Source: Lama guanicoe
Lineage: Eukaryota
Direction of reading: 5' to 3'
Assembly (NCBI GenBank): GCA_013239625.1
Contig: MU054338.1
Span: forward strand, 5,680,724-5,744,723
Length of the DNA: 64,000 nt
Below the pieces are notes generated by a model. The model was not told the origin of the DNA, did no database searches, and saw only the letters and a program-made list of their open reading frames with translations. Positions within the stretch are counted from its first letter, which is position 1. Every line of letters starts with the position of its first letter. Positions 50,301 through 62,375 of the stretch are shown one piece after another. A program made the translations under genes and the position numbers.

Positions 50301-51718
50301 AATTCCCACGTGGAAGGACTGGGTCAGGGCAGTCACCGCACGGTGCAGTAGAGGAACAAACTCCAACTGTTTGGACTGTTCAACTGTACCTGTCCTAGTG
50401 GAATCGGGACACGTGGTCACTACTAGCATTACCAGAATGAGGTGTTTACCACACAAATGAGACCTTACATGAATACGATCTAGAGAAGATGGCAGTCCAA
50501 GCATCAGAGATACTCCAAACTATGAAAGTTTGAATTAGTTGCCTGGTGTTCAATGTAAGCCTGCAGGAAAATCTAAAACATGATGTATCTTTGATGTGGA
50601 GCTTGTGAAGATATGTGTGGAAACCTACACCTCTGAGAAAATGGGATGTCAACCAGTTGATTGTGGTTTCAAGGATGCTCTTGATTGGCAGGGCAAGGAA
50701 TCAGGAAAACAGGCTGGAAGCAAGTATCCTCTAAACTCCTACGCCTGCCTGTCACCCTGCATGGTAGCTCCGAAACCTGCCTAATGCCACTCGTACTTCT
50801 GCATTGCAGCTCTCATGTGAGTGAGGCTACAGGTGAATTCTCACATGCAACCATAAAGGAAACAGACTCTAGAAAATGTCACACTACCCAGGTGACAAAA
50901 CAATTTAGGAGAGCCATCTCCATCTTCTACATTTTATTGTCCAGTGACAGGTCTGTCTTAATGCAAAGTCTCATTCAAATCCCAGCCAGAAGAAATGACA
51001 AAGAGCAAAGGGCAAAAGATGGAAATAATTCACATAAGACTATACTCTATGACAAACTTTGCATATTTACAACTTTATGCCATCTTTTACTAGCAAGGAA
51101 AACAGAATGAGGCTCTTCTGGCCAATGGTAGGTTTTTTCATAAGAAAGATGGAAGCTACAACGGTTGAGGGGTAGCCAGTACCCAGCACTACAGGAGGCC
51201 AACAGGAAACCCCCACAGATACCAAAACGTCATGTGTCAATAGCCCTACACTTACAGGACAATCAAAATGTAAAAATTAAACAACTTGCATATTAGAAAT
51301 ACATGTCAATTCAACCCTGGATCAAACAAGCTCCTAAACAGGAAAAAAAAAAAAGTTAACTGATTTAAGAACAAAACAATACCTGTAATCTTACATAGTG
51401 TTGCCTAGAGCGCTTACAGAATTCTCTCACCTCAAGGTTCATTTTTGAAAGTAAGCAGTAAATACCCACAGTTGACAGATCTGCTTTAAGAATGAGGCAC
51501 TCATAATGAGACAATATAACTCAAAATTATTCTTTTATGTTGACAACAGACAATAGGTTTATAACTTTTACAATTATTCTTTCACGTCATTGTTTTCTAG
51601 AACATTATACAGTGTTCTCGTATTTCTTATATTTATAAGATTTCTTTCCAGTGGGAGTTTCCACTTGTGAAAATGAAGGCCAACTGTTCTCCCCACACTG
51701 CTTATATTCAAGAGGTTT

Positions 51719-53198
51719 CTATTCAGTATGAGACCGTACATGCCTTCGAAAGGAATTGGGACGACTGAAGGCTTTCCCACATTCTTTACATTTGTATGGT
51801 TTCTCGCCAGTGTGCATTCTCACGTGTCCTCGAAAGGTAGTGCGATAAATGAAGGCTTTCCCGCATTCCTTACACTCATAGGGTTTCTCTCCAGTGTGAG
51901 TTTTTTCATGTGTTCGAAAGGATGTGTAACAGCTAAAGGCCCGACCACACTGTTTACACGCATAGGGCTTCTCTCCGGTGTGGGTCCTTTCATGTATCCG
52001 AAATGAACTGGGGAAGTTGAAGGCTTTCCCACACTCTTTACACTTATAAGGTCCATCTCCAGTGTGCATTATCATGTGTGTGCGAACACTTGAGGGAGAA
52101 ATGAAAGCTTTCCCACATTCTTTACATTTATAGGGTTTCTCTCCAGTGTGCTTTCGCATGTGTCCTTGAAAGGTTGTGCGATAAATGAATGTCTTCCCAC
52201 ATTCTGTACATTCATAGGGCTTCTCTCCAGTATGAGTTCTTTCATGTATTCGAAAGGAACTGGGCCAACTGAAAGTTTTACCACATTGTTTACATTCGTA
52301 TGGCTTCTCTCCAGTGTGAGTCCTTTCATGTGATCGAAATGAACTGGGACAGATGAATGCTTTCCCACATTCCTTGCATTTATAAGGCCCATCTCCAGTG
52401 TGAGTTATCATGTGTGTTCGAATGCTTGAATGAGAAACGAAGGCTTTCCCACATTCCTTACATTCGTACGGTTTCTCTCCAGTGTGAATTCTTTCATGTA
52501 TTCGCAAACCTAGAGGAGAACTGAAGGTTTTCTCACACTGTTTACATTCATATTGTTTCTCTGCACTATGAGTCCTTTCGTGTCTTCGAAAGGAACTGGG
52601 GCAACTGAGGGCTTTACCGCACTGCTTACATTCATAGGGCTTTTCTCCAGTGTGATTTCTTTCATGTATTCGCAAACCTAGAGGAGACCTGAGGGATTTG
52701 CCACACTGTTTACACACATACGGTTTCTCCCCAGTGTGAGTTCTTTCATGTGCTCGAAACGAAGTGGAACAACTAAAGGCTTTCCCACATTCCTTACACT
52801 TATAGGGTCCATCTCCAGTGTGCATTATCATGTGTCTTCGAAAGGTTGTGAGCCACGTGAAGGCTTTCCCACATTCCTTACACTCATACGGTTTCTCTCC
52901 AGTGTGAGTCCTTTCATGTCTGTGAACAGATTTGTGGTGACTGAAGGCTTTCCCACACTCCTTACATTTATATGGCTTCTCCTCATATTCGTGATACTCA
53001 TACGGTTTGTGTCCAGTGTGAGATCTGACGTGCCTATTAAGGAATGAAGGACGCGTGAAGACTTTCCCACACACGTTACATTCACATGGTTTTACTTCAG
53101 GAGTTTTCTTGTTCAGATTAAGATTTGGGATCTGGCTGGCGGTTTCTCCGTGTTGACCACCTTCTTTGCTTTCAGAGAGTTTTTCTACCATATGACTT
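51719..53198 (-). CDS. KRAB zinc-finger gene (ZNF709-like clade), finger exon with 16 C2H2 fingers
   Basis: Acceptor ttttttac[16 protein letters not shown]...; 16 CxxC...HxxxH units with TGEKPY/TGDGPY linkers; open to TAG. Confidence 0.93.
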
Positions 53199-53604
53199 CT
53201 GTAAAAAATGAGAAATTGTTAACGATTTCTCAAACAATTTCACATTACTAGAATATTATAGTATAATACATTTTTATATTTTACAGCAAAAGTGAAGGTT
53301 TTCTGCCCTTTTTGAATTATTTGAGGGTGAATAAAAACTGAAAGCTCTTAAGAAAATTTGACCTGTAGCTATAATGAAAACAGTGTTAACATATGGGGTT
53401 TCTCAATATTGTTTCCAAAAGTGAATAAAGTTGTAAACACTGAACATCTATGTCACATTTAAGTAAATGTTTTTGGTGAAAGGAATTTAAGGATAAATAA
53501 ATTTGAAGCTGGGGTTAGATTTGTTTTATTTGCTGGTTTTTAAAAATTTATGACATCTAGGATTCTCGTGTGGGACACTGCTGTCTCCTGTGAGTGTGAC
53601 TCAC

Positions 53605-53665
53605 CTTAGTTTTCTCCCCTGGGTTTTGTTCCAATCTTCTATGTTATGATTGTCCAATTTTTCTC
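53605..53665 (-). CDS. ZNF709-like gene, 61-bp exon
   Basis: gtattttAG acceptor and AG|GTGAGT donor; GEKLDNHNIEDWNKTQGRKLR; phases fit both neighbouring exons. Confidence 0.9.
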
Positions 53666-53775
53666 CTAAAATACAAGCCCAGAAAAATAATGCAAAGTAT
53701 TAGAAATTATAGAAAAATGATTCGATTCTAGGTCTATGATGAGGTGTGACCACGCATAGTTTATTTAACAACGTA

Positions 53776-54504
53776 CAACAGCCCCCCTTTATCCAGTTTC
53801 ATTTTCTATGGTTTCAGTTACTTGTGCTCAGCTGGAGTCTGAAATACTACATGGAAAATTCCAGAAATGAACAATTCATAGTTTTAAACTGTGTGCCCTT
53901 CTCAGTAGCTTGATGAAATCCTGTGATGTCTTGCCCAGCATATGAATCATCCCTTCATCCAATGTATCCGTGCTGTATATGCCACCTGCCTATTAGTCAC
54001 TTAGCAGTCATCTTGATAATCAGATCACCATGGTGGTATCGCAGTGCTTGTGTTCAGGTAATCCTCGTTTTATTTAATGATGGCCCCAAAGTGCAAGAAC
54101 AGTGATGCTGGCAACTAAGAAACACCAAAGAGAATCTGTAAAAATGCTTCCTTTAAGTGAAAAGATCAAAGTTCTCAGCTTAAGGGAAGAAAAAAAAAAT
54201 TCATATGCTGACGTTGCTAAGATCTACAGTAAACAATGAATCTTCTGTGAAATGGTGAAAAAAAAGAAACTGATCTTAGTTTGCTGTCTCATCTCAAACT
54301 GCAAAAGTTACATTGTACAAGTTAAATGCATGTGTATTATAATTGTTCTATTCTCAGTTGTTATTAATCTCTGACTGTGCACCTAATTTCTAAATTAAAT
54401 TTTATTGTAGCTATGTGGGTACAGGAAAAATCAGTACTATCTGCAGTTTCAAGCACCCACTGGTGGTCTGGGAACGTATCCCCCATGGATAAGGGAGGAC
54501 TGTG
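53776..54504. mobile_element. MER44/Tigger7 TcMar DNA transposon
   Basis: Inverted termini ...ccccccttta tcc and ggataagggaggactgtg; internal ggaaaattccagaaatgaacaattcatagttttaaa. Confidence 0.8.
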
Positions 54505-54530
54505 GGACTCCTTTCCTACATTCCACATCA

Positions 54531-54728
<198 letters not shown>

Positions 54729-55754
54729 CTAAAACATCCCAATTGTGATTTAAGTAAGATGTGTGATTCTGACAGCACAGGGGATTTATACTCAATTTAC
54801 AGGAAGGTCATGTATGATTCTGTCATCTTCAAACATTTAGATTAATGTCTTGGTCATCAGAAACTTACTCATAAATTTAATAGCAAAATGAACACGTGCA
54901 AATTATTTATGCATCTTTACTGTCACTTGAAATGTCATTGCTCTCTAATGGCAGGGTCTAGAGCACCTTGGAGAAATGACAGAAATGCTACAAAAATGAA
55001 ACAAATGTCATTTTAAGCACATCAATTTCTCATGAGAAAAACTCACCTCCTTACCTATTACCTACCATTTAACGCAGCACACCATGATGTATGGGGTCAA
55101 GTCTGCCTGAGTTTTTAATAAATAAAGCACAGTGAAGAACTGGAAGCTTTTTCTTCTATTCCCATCACCAGACATGAGAGTCCAGGAGGCCTGTGGAAAT
55201 CCACCTTGCAACAAGGGTCACCTCACCATACTGGCCTGAGGTACTCCAGGTGCTCAGAAGTAGCCAGATGCAACTGGCTACATTAAAATACTCTTTTTTT
55301 TCTGGTAAGTTTTTTTACCTTTATGTATTTTTTTTCATTTTACTATTTTTCCATTATAGGTTACTACAAGATATTGAATATAGTTCCCTGTGCTATTCAG
55401 AAGAAATCTGTTAATCTATTTTATATATAGTAGATATGCAGCTCTCAACCTGTTCCTCAAGGTTAGCAAGGGCCAGGGTACACGCTCAGGGTTTGACTGA
55501 AGAGATCTTTCATCATTTATCATTTCAGTAGGTCTGCCTACATGTGCTAAAAACTGGTGAGGAGCAGCCCTGAGGCTCACTGTGTATAGGGTTTTTGTGG
55601 AGGTTGAAGTTGTTGTGTCTTTTTAGCATGTCACATAAGGCCAAGTTGTCTGATCTCTAACTTCTGAATAACTTCCAAGCTCCATGAAATGGGTCAGAGA
55701 GAATGGAGAAACTGAGTCTGCAATAAATGCTGCACAAGCTGTACAGGACTATTT

Positions 55755-56235
55755 TACCATAAAATTCAGCAATCCCACTCCCGGGCGTATATCTGGAGGG
55801 AACTCCAATTTGAAAAGATACATACACCCCAATGTTCACAGTAGCACTATGTACAATAGCCAAGACATAGAAACACCCTAAATGTCCATCAATGGATGAT
55901 TGGATAAAGAAGATGTGGTATATTCATACAGTAGAACAGTACTCAGCCATAAAAAAAAAGAATAAAATAATGCTATTTGCAGCAACAGGGATGGAACCGG
56001 AGATTGTCATTCTAAGGAAGTAAGCCCGAAAGAGAAAGAAAAATACCATATATCACTAACGTGGAATCTTGAAAAAAAAAAAGACACAAACAAACTTATC
56101 TATAAAACAGAAACAGACAAACATAGGAAACAAACTTATGGTTACCAGGGGATAAAGGGGGTGGGAAGGGATAAATTGGGAGTTCAAGATTTGCAGATAC
56201 TAACTACTATATATAAAATAGATGAAGAACAACAG
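55755..56235 (+). mobile_element. Young LINE-1 ORF2 end / 3'UTR fragment
   Basis: cagcaatcccactcccgggcgtatatc...aaatgtccatc...tttgcagcaaca...gggaagggataaattgggagttcaagatttgcag. Confidence 0.88.
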
Positions 56236-56249
56236 ATTTTTTTAAAATC

Positions 56250-59050
56250 TAATTATATGCTGTCTACAAGACATAAAATAAAAGATGTAAATATAAAGAC
56301 ACAAATTTAAAGTAAAAGGATGGAGAAAGACATACCATTCCAACAGTAATCAAAAGAAAGCTGGAAGAGCATGTTTATTTCAGACAAAGCTGACTTCAGA
56401 CCAAAGAAAGCTCAGAGATAAAGAGGAAATTATATATAGGAGTCTAACCTCCAAAATACAGCAATTCTTCATATGTGCATTAATAACAGAGTGACAAAAT
56501 ACATGAGGCAAAAACTGATAAAAATACAATGAGAAATAGATCAATCCATTTCTACTCATCAGCATCTCCCATCCAGTGCATGTCAGTAGTACAAGAGTTC
56601 TAGGAGGCAAAATATCAGGAAGGACAGAACTGAATTGAATAGAATCATCAAACAATTGGCCCTACTGAAAGCCACAGACCACTGCATCCACCAATAGCAG
56701 AGTAAACATTCTGAAGTTCACATGGAACTCTCAACAAGACAAGCTACCTTCCGGGACATAAAACACGTCTTGACAAGTTTGAAAGAACAGATATCATACA
56801 AAATATGCTCTTAGACCACAGTGGCATTAATCTACACCACTCCAGACCCCAATTTTGGTGGCTGCTGCCCAGGGGACACCACCCAAATCACCTGGTTCTG
56901 GTGACCAGTGGGGCCTTTGTTCATGGGTCCCAAGGGGCTGTAACAAATTGAGAGACAGGTCTTGGCTGGCTACCACCCCCAAAGCACAGCACAGTCACGA
57001 GACTGAAACACACCCCTAGTCTTTCTGTGAAAAACGCCTGTTTGCTTGTCTGGAAGCTTCAGCCTGAGGGGCAGGCTTCTGTTTAACACGTACCTAGAGG
57101 CCTACTGAGACACTCTCCAGGAATGAAGGCTGGAGAACACCATCTCTGTGCCCTCCCTTGGCTTTGCTCCAGGTCACCAGTATCTGTGAAAGAGGCATAC
57201 TAGCTTATCCTCATAGTTGATTCTGATTAAGCTCACATCTAGGGCCCAACTGCATCCTCTCCGGAAACTGGGGAGGATGATGGGCGCTATCTTCACACTC
57301 CCCCTTTGCCCCACTTCAGGACACTGGCGTTTCTGAGAAAGGAGTGTATTTACGTCTGGGGCCCCGGCTTTGTGTCTGCTGCCCAGAGGGCACGTTCCTT
57401 GACAGCCTGGCTATGATGGCCAGCAAGGTTGCGTTCACAGGTTCAAAGGGACAATAGCAAAGAATGAAACAGTTCTTAACTGGCTATCACCCCAGGGCTC
57501 AGCACAAAGGAGCAGACAGAAACACCTATTTCCCGGTCTTTCTTAAAAAGGTGTACTGAATACTTCAAAAGCTGCTGCCTGAGGGCCTGGCCTCCAATCA
57601 GCCTGAATCTGGGTGCTGGCTGAGATCCTCCCCTTTGGGGCACTAACAGGTCTTGGCACACCCTCAAATACTGGAAATCACTTAAAATAAAATAATCTCG
57701 GATAATTGCAAGAGTCTGAGACAACCAAGAGCTAGGGCGGGGCTGAATGATAAGGTTACATGAGTCAGTCCTTCAAAACTGGGAGAGGTGGCTGTTCCAT
57801 CTAATGCATAGGACCCAACACAGGAGAGTCACACAAAACAAAGAAACAGAGCAATACGTTCCAAACGAACAAGATAAAAACCTCAGAAAAAGAAGAAATC
57901 AATCAAAAAGGAGATGAGAGGGAACACTGATCATAAAGATGCTTACCTAGCTCTGGAGAAAAATGGATGAACAAAGTGAGAATTTCAACAAAGAGAGAGG
58001 AAACATAATGAAATAACAAACAGAAGTCACAGAGCTGAACAGTGCAGTAACTGCACTGGACAATACAAAAGAGGGGCTCAACAGTAGACTAGATGAAGAG
58101 AAAAAAAGATTAGTGAACATAAGGACAGCGCAGTAAAACTCATCCAATCAGAGAAACAAAAAGAAAGAAAAAAAAAGCATGAAGACAGCTTAAGGAACTT
58201 ATAGGATGACATCAAGGAGACCAACAACATTTGTATTACAGGAGTCCCAAAAGAAGAAGAGGGAGAGAAAATGGCAGAAAACTTATCTGAAGGAATAATG
58301 GCTACAAACTTCCCTAATGTGGGGGAACACCACCAAAATCTAGATTTAGGAAGCCCAGAGAGTACCAAAAGAGAGAAACCCAACAAGTCCCCACACCAAG
58401 GCACATTATAAAGTGTTAAAAGTTAAAGACAAGAAGAGAATCTTAAAGAAAGGAAGAGAAAACAACCTGTTCCGTACAAGGGAACCCTGATAAGACTCTC
58501 AGCAGAAACTCTGCAGGCTAGAGGGAGTGGCATGATTTATCCAAAGCGCTGAATAAAAACAAACAAAAACCCCGCCAACCAAGAATAGTCTATACAGCAA
58601 AGCTATCCTTCAGAATTGGAGAAAAAAAAGAGTTTTCCAGACATGCAAAAGCTAAAGAAGTTCATCACCACTAGACCTGCCTTGCAAAAAACACTGAAGG
58701 GACTTTCAGCAAAACAAAAGGTAACAGAAAAACATAAGAAAGGATAAATCTGTTAATGGTAAATCTACAGGAAAAATTTGGAACAATCTAATGTTGTAAA
58801 TTTGGTGGGTAAATCACTTACAAATCAAGTATGAAGGTTGAAAGACAAAAAAATAGGAAAAATAATTATAGCTACAGTAATTTGTAAATGGGTATATAAG
58901 ATAAAAAGATATAAATTGTGACATCAGAAGCATGGGAGGGGGCAGCAAAAGTATAGAGTTTTAGAATGTTTTCAAACTTAAATTGTTATCAACTTAAAAT
59001 AGACTGTTATAAGATATTCTATGTAAGCCTTTAGTATCACAAAGCAAAGA
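56250..59050 (+). mobile_element. Older LINE-1: endonuclease remnant (56250-56830), then 5'UTR, ORF1 and inter-ORF region
   Basis: tatatgctgtctacaaga (EN start); ORF1-like purine-rich region with caacatttgtattacaggagtccc, ctcagcagaaactctgcaggctagagggagtggcatgat and aagttcatcaccactagacctgcc. Confidence 0.8.
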
Positions 59051-59056
59051 CCTATG

Positions 59057-59238
59057 TGCGCAACCTCATTTTATTGTGCTCCACTTTATTGTGCTTTACA
59101 GATACTGTGTTTTTAAAAAAAATTGAAGGTTTTTGTAGTAACACGGCACCAAGCAAGTCTGTCAGTGCCACCTTCCCTACAGCATTTGCTCACTTCATGT
59201 CTGTGTCACACTTTGGTAATTCTTGCATATTTCAATTT
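59057..59238 (+). mobile_element. Tigger1 5' fragment
   Basis: acctcattttattgtgctccactttattgtgctttacagatactgtg...cagcatttgctcacttcatgtctgtgtcacactttggtaattc. Confidence 0.75.
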
Positions 59239-59239
59239 T

Positions 59240-59700
59240 TTAAATTGAAATTATGGTTGATTTACAATAGTGTGTTAGTTTCAGGTATACAGCATAGTGA
59301 TTCAGATTATAGTCTAATACAGGTTACTGTAAGATATTATATATAATTCCCTGTGCTATACAGTAAATGCCTGTTGCTTATCTATTTTATATCCAGTAGT
59401 CTATACCTGTTAATCCCACTCCTAATTTGTCCCTCTCTCTTCCCTCTCCCCTTTGGTAACACTAAGTTTTCTATGTCTGTGAGTCTATTTCCATTTTGTA
59501 TATAGATTCATCTGTATTATTTTTTAGGTTCCACATATAAGTGATATCATATAGTACTTGTTTTTCTTTGTCTGACTTACTTCACTAAGTATAATATTCT
59601 CTAGGTCCATCACGTTGCTGCAAATGGCACTATTTCATTCCTTTGCATGGTTGAGTAATATTCTGTTGTATATACATACCACATTTTCCTAAGCCAAAGA
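59240..59700 (-). mobile_element. LINE-1 3' end
   Basis: ttccctgtgctatacagta...ttccacatataagtgatatcata...ctctaggtccatc. Confidence 0.85.
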
Positions 59701-60308
59701 ACATATATGGATGTTAAATAAGCATATGAAAAGAAGCTCAACATTAAATGTCATGAGGAAATTGCCAAGAAAACAAATAGATATCACTAGACACTTATCA
59801 CAATGGGTAAAATTCAAAGCACTCAAGACCAAATATTGATAAAGATGTGAATCTACAGGAATCCTTATTTATTGCTGGGAATGGAAGATGGTATACCTGC
59901 TTTGGAAGACAGGCAGTTTCTTATAAACTAAACATACCCCTACCATAAAATCTACCTCCTAGATTATACTCCTTGATATTTACTCAAATGAGCTGAAAAC
60001 TTGTCTTCAGACAGAAACATGCAAATGAATGTCTATAGGTATTTTATGTATAATTGTCAAGACTTACTAGAATTAAGCAAGATATCCTTCAGTGGTAGAC
60101 TGAACAACTTGTGGTTTATCCATGTGATGAAATACTGTTCAGTGATAAAACAAGATGAGCTATCAGGCAAGCCATGAACAGACAAGGAGGTAACTGTTGT
60201 GTATTGGTTCTTACTATTGCAGATTTACTATTTATGGCTTAAGTGAAGTTGTTTTGATCTACTTGTTTATGTTTCAAGTAAAAATGTTTTGGTCTAAGAG
60301 TGAATTTG

Positions 60309-60891
60309 CACATGCACCCCAATGTTCATAGAAGCATTAATTACAATGCCAAGACATGGAAGCAACCTAAATGTCCATCGACAGATGACTGGATAAAGAA
60401 GTTGTGGTATATTTATACAATGGAATATTACTCGGCTGTAAAAAAGAATAGAGTAATGCCATTTGCAGCAACATGGATGGACCTAGAGATCATCATTCTA
60501 AGTAAGCCAGAAAGAGAAAGAAAAATGCCATATGATATCACACATATACAGAATCTAAAAAAAGAAAAAAAGAGGACACTAATGAACTCATCTACAAAAC
60601 AGAAACAGATTCACAGGCACAGTAGACAAACTTATGGTCACCAGGGGAAAGGGGATGGGAAGGGATAAATTTGGGAGTTTGAGATTTGCAGATGTTAGCC
60701 ACTATACAAAAAAATAGATTTAAAATTTTTCTTCTGTATAGCACAGGGAACCATATTCAGTATCTTGTAATAACCGTTAATAAAAAAGAATATGAAAACA
60801 AATATATGTATGTATATACATGACTGGGACACTGTGCTGTACACCAGAAATTGACACATTGTAACTAACTATACTTCAATTTCTTTTTAAT
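60309..60891 (+). mobile_element. Young 5'-truncated LINE-1 with TSD
   Basis: ORF2 end still open (KTWKQPKCPSTDDWIKKLWYIYTMEYYSA) plus complete 3'UTR; TSD gtgaatttg at 60300-60308 and 60892-60900. Confidence 0.9.
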
Positions 60892-62228
60892 GTGAATTTG
60901 TTTACATTGGGGAGGCCATGTGAATGAAGATGATGACATCAAAATTGTGCTCATCATTAATACGAACGTATGGAGGAGCAACACTCATGTGATGGACATT
61001 TAAACTTTAAATACCAAGAATCTGTGAGAACTTTACTGAGAGCATTTGGTCTGGGCAAGGCCATTGTCTGTTGATCTAAACATCTCTAGGACGATCATGA
61101 GACACTTGCTCTGGCTGTGGCCAGGCTACTCTTGGACAGCACTGGTGTTAAACCTTGCAGTGAGGCACTCTCAGGAAGAGAAGGGGTATTTGTTCCTGCC
61201 TTGGTGGGCCTACTCCTCATAGGCAGTGGGGCAAGCCATGTAATGGTCCCTGGAATAACCTCGTTAGGAGCAGCCTGCCTTGCCTGCCAACACCAGTGCC
61301 TTCACCCAGTAGCTACATCTCCCACCAGGGACGGACCTAAACTGGCATCTGATACCCAGCTTTTATTTGGAAGGACTGACTCTACAAGAATTCATATAAA
61401 GGTACAATTCAACTACATTTGGACTTTCTTTCTTTCATCTTCCCTTTAACTGGAACAATAATGTAATTATCTATCATTGGTTTGGGGTATGTTATTTCTT
61501 TACTGGCTTATAAAGAGACATTTCCCTGTTTGCTATTGGCTTATGAAATATTAGAAATCATAATTCCTGTAGTGAATCTGTGTTAAATAAATTACTGGCA
61601 AAGGCAACCTCAGTCTCTGAGCATGATTTGCGCAAACAAAACAGGAAACTTAACAGCATATTGTTAAGCGAAAGAAGACACTCTGACAAGGCTACACTTC
61701 ATGATTCCAAGTATATGACATTCTGGAAGAGACAAAACTATGAGCCAGTAAAAAGATCTTTGCTTGTGAAGGATTTGGGGGTTGAGGGTGGGATGAATGG
61801 CTACGTGGAGCACAAGGTATTTTTAGGGAAGTGAAACTATTCTACATGATATAGATATGATGGACACATGTCATTACACACCTGGCAAAAACCATAGATT
61901 GTGTAACACAAGGAGTCAATGCTAATATAAAACAATGGACTTTTATGCATCAGTATTGATCCATCAATTGTAACAAATATGCCACCATAATATGAGATGT
62001 AAAAAAATAACACAAACTATGTGGATGCAGAGCGGTCAAGAGGGAACTCTCTACTTTCTTTTTCTGTAAACCTAAAATATTCTAAAGAACCTGAAATCTC
62101 ATCATTTCATATCTTACAACTTTTTGGAAGTCTAGTAGTTTCTTATGACTTTTTAAATCCTTTACAAGTATTATTTAAAACTAACAGAGAAATTTATATA
62201 CATACTTTACTGTTTAATAGTATGTTTT

Positions 62229-62375
62229 GGGGGGAGGGTATAGCTCAAGTGATAAGAGCGCATGCTTAGCATGCACAAGGTCCTGGGTTCGATCCCCAGT
62301 ACCTCCTCCAAAAATAAATAAATCTAATTACCTCCCCCTCTGCCAAAATAAAATAATTAAATGATACAATTTTTT
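62229..62375 (+). mobile_element. Vic-1-like tRNA-derived SINE
   Basis: ggggagggtatagctcaagtgataagagcgcatgcttagcatgcacaaggtcctgggttcgatccccagtacctcc with A-rich tail and degenerate TSD. Confidence 0.9.

Noticed and set aside
62229..62305. tRNA gene
   Set aside because: tRNA-like head followed by SINE body, A-rich tail and TSD, with several diverged copies in the window, so it is a SINE.
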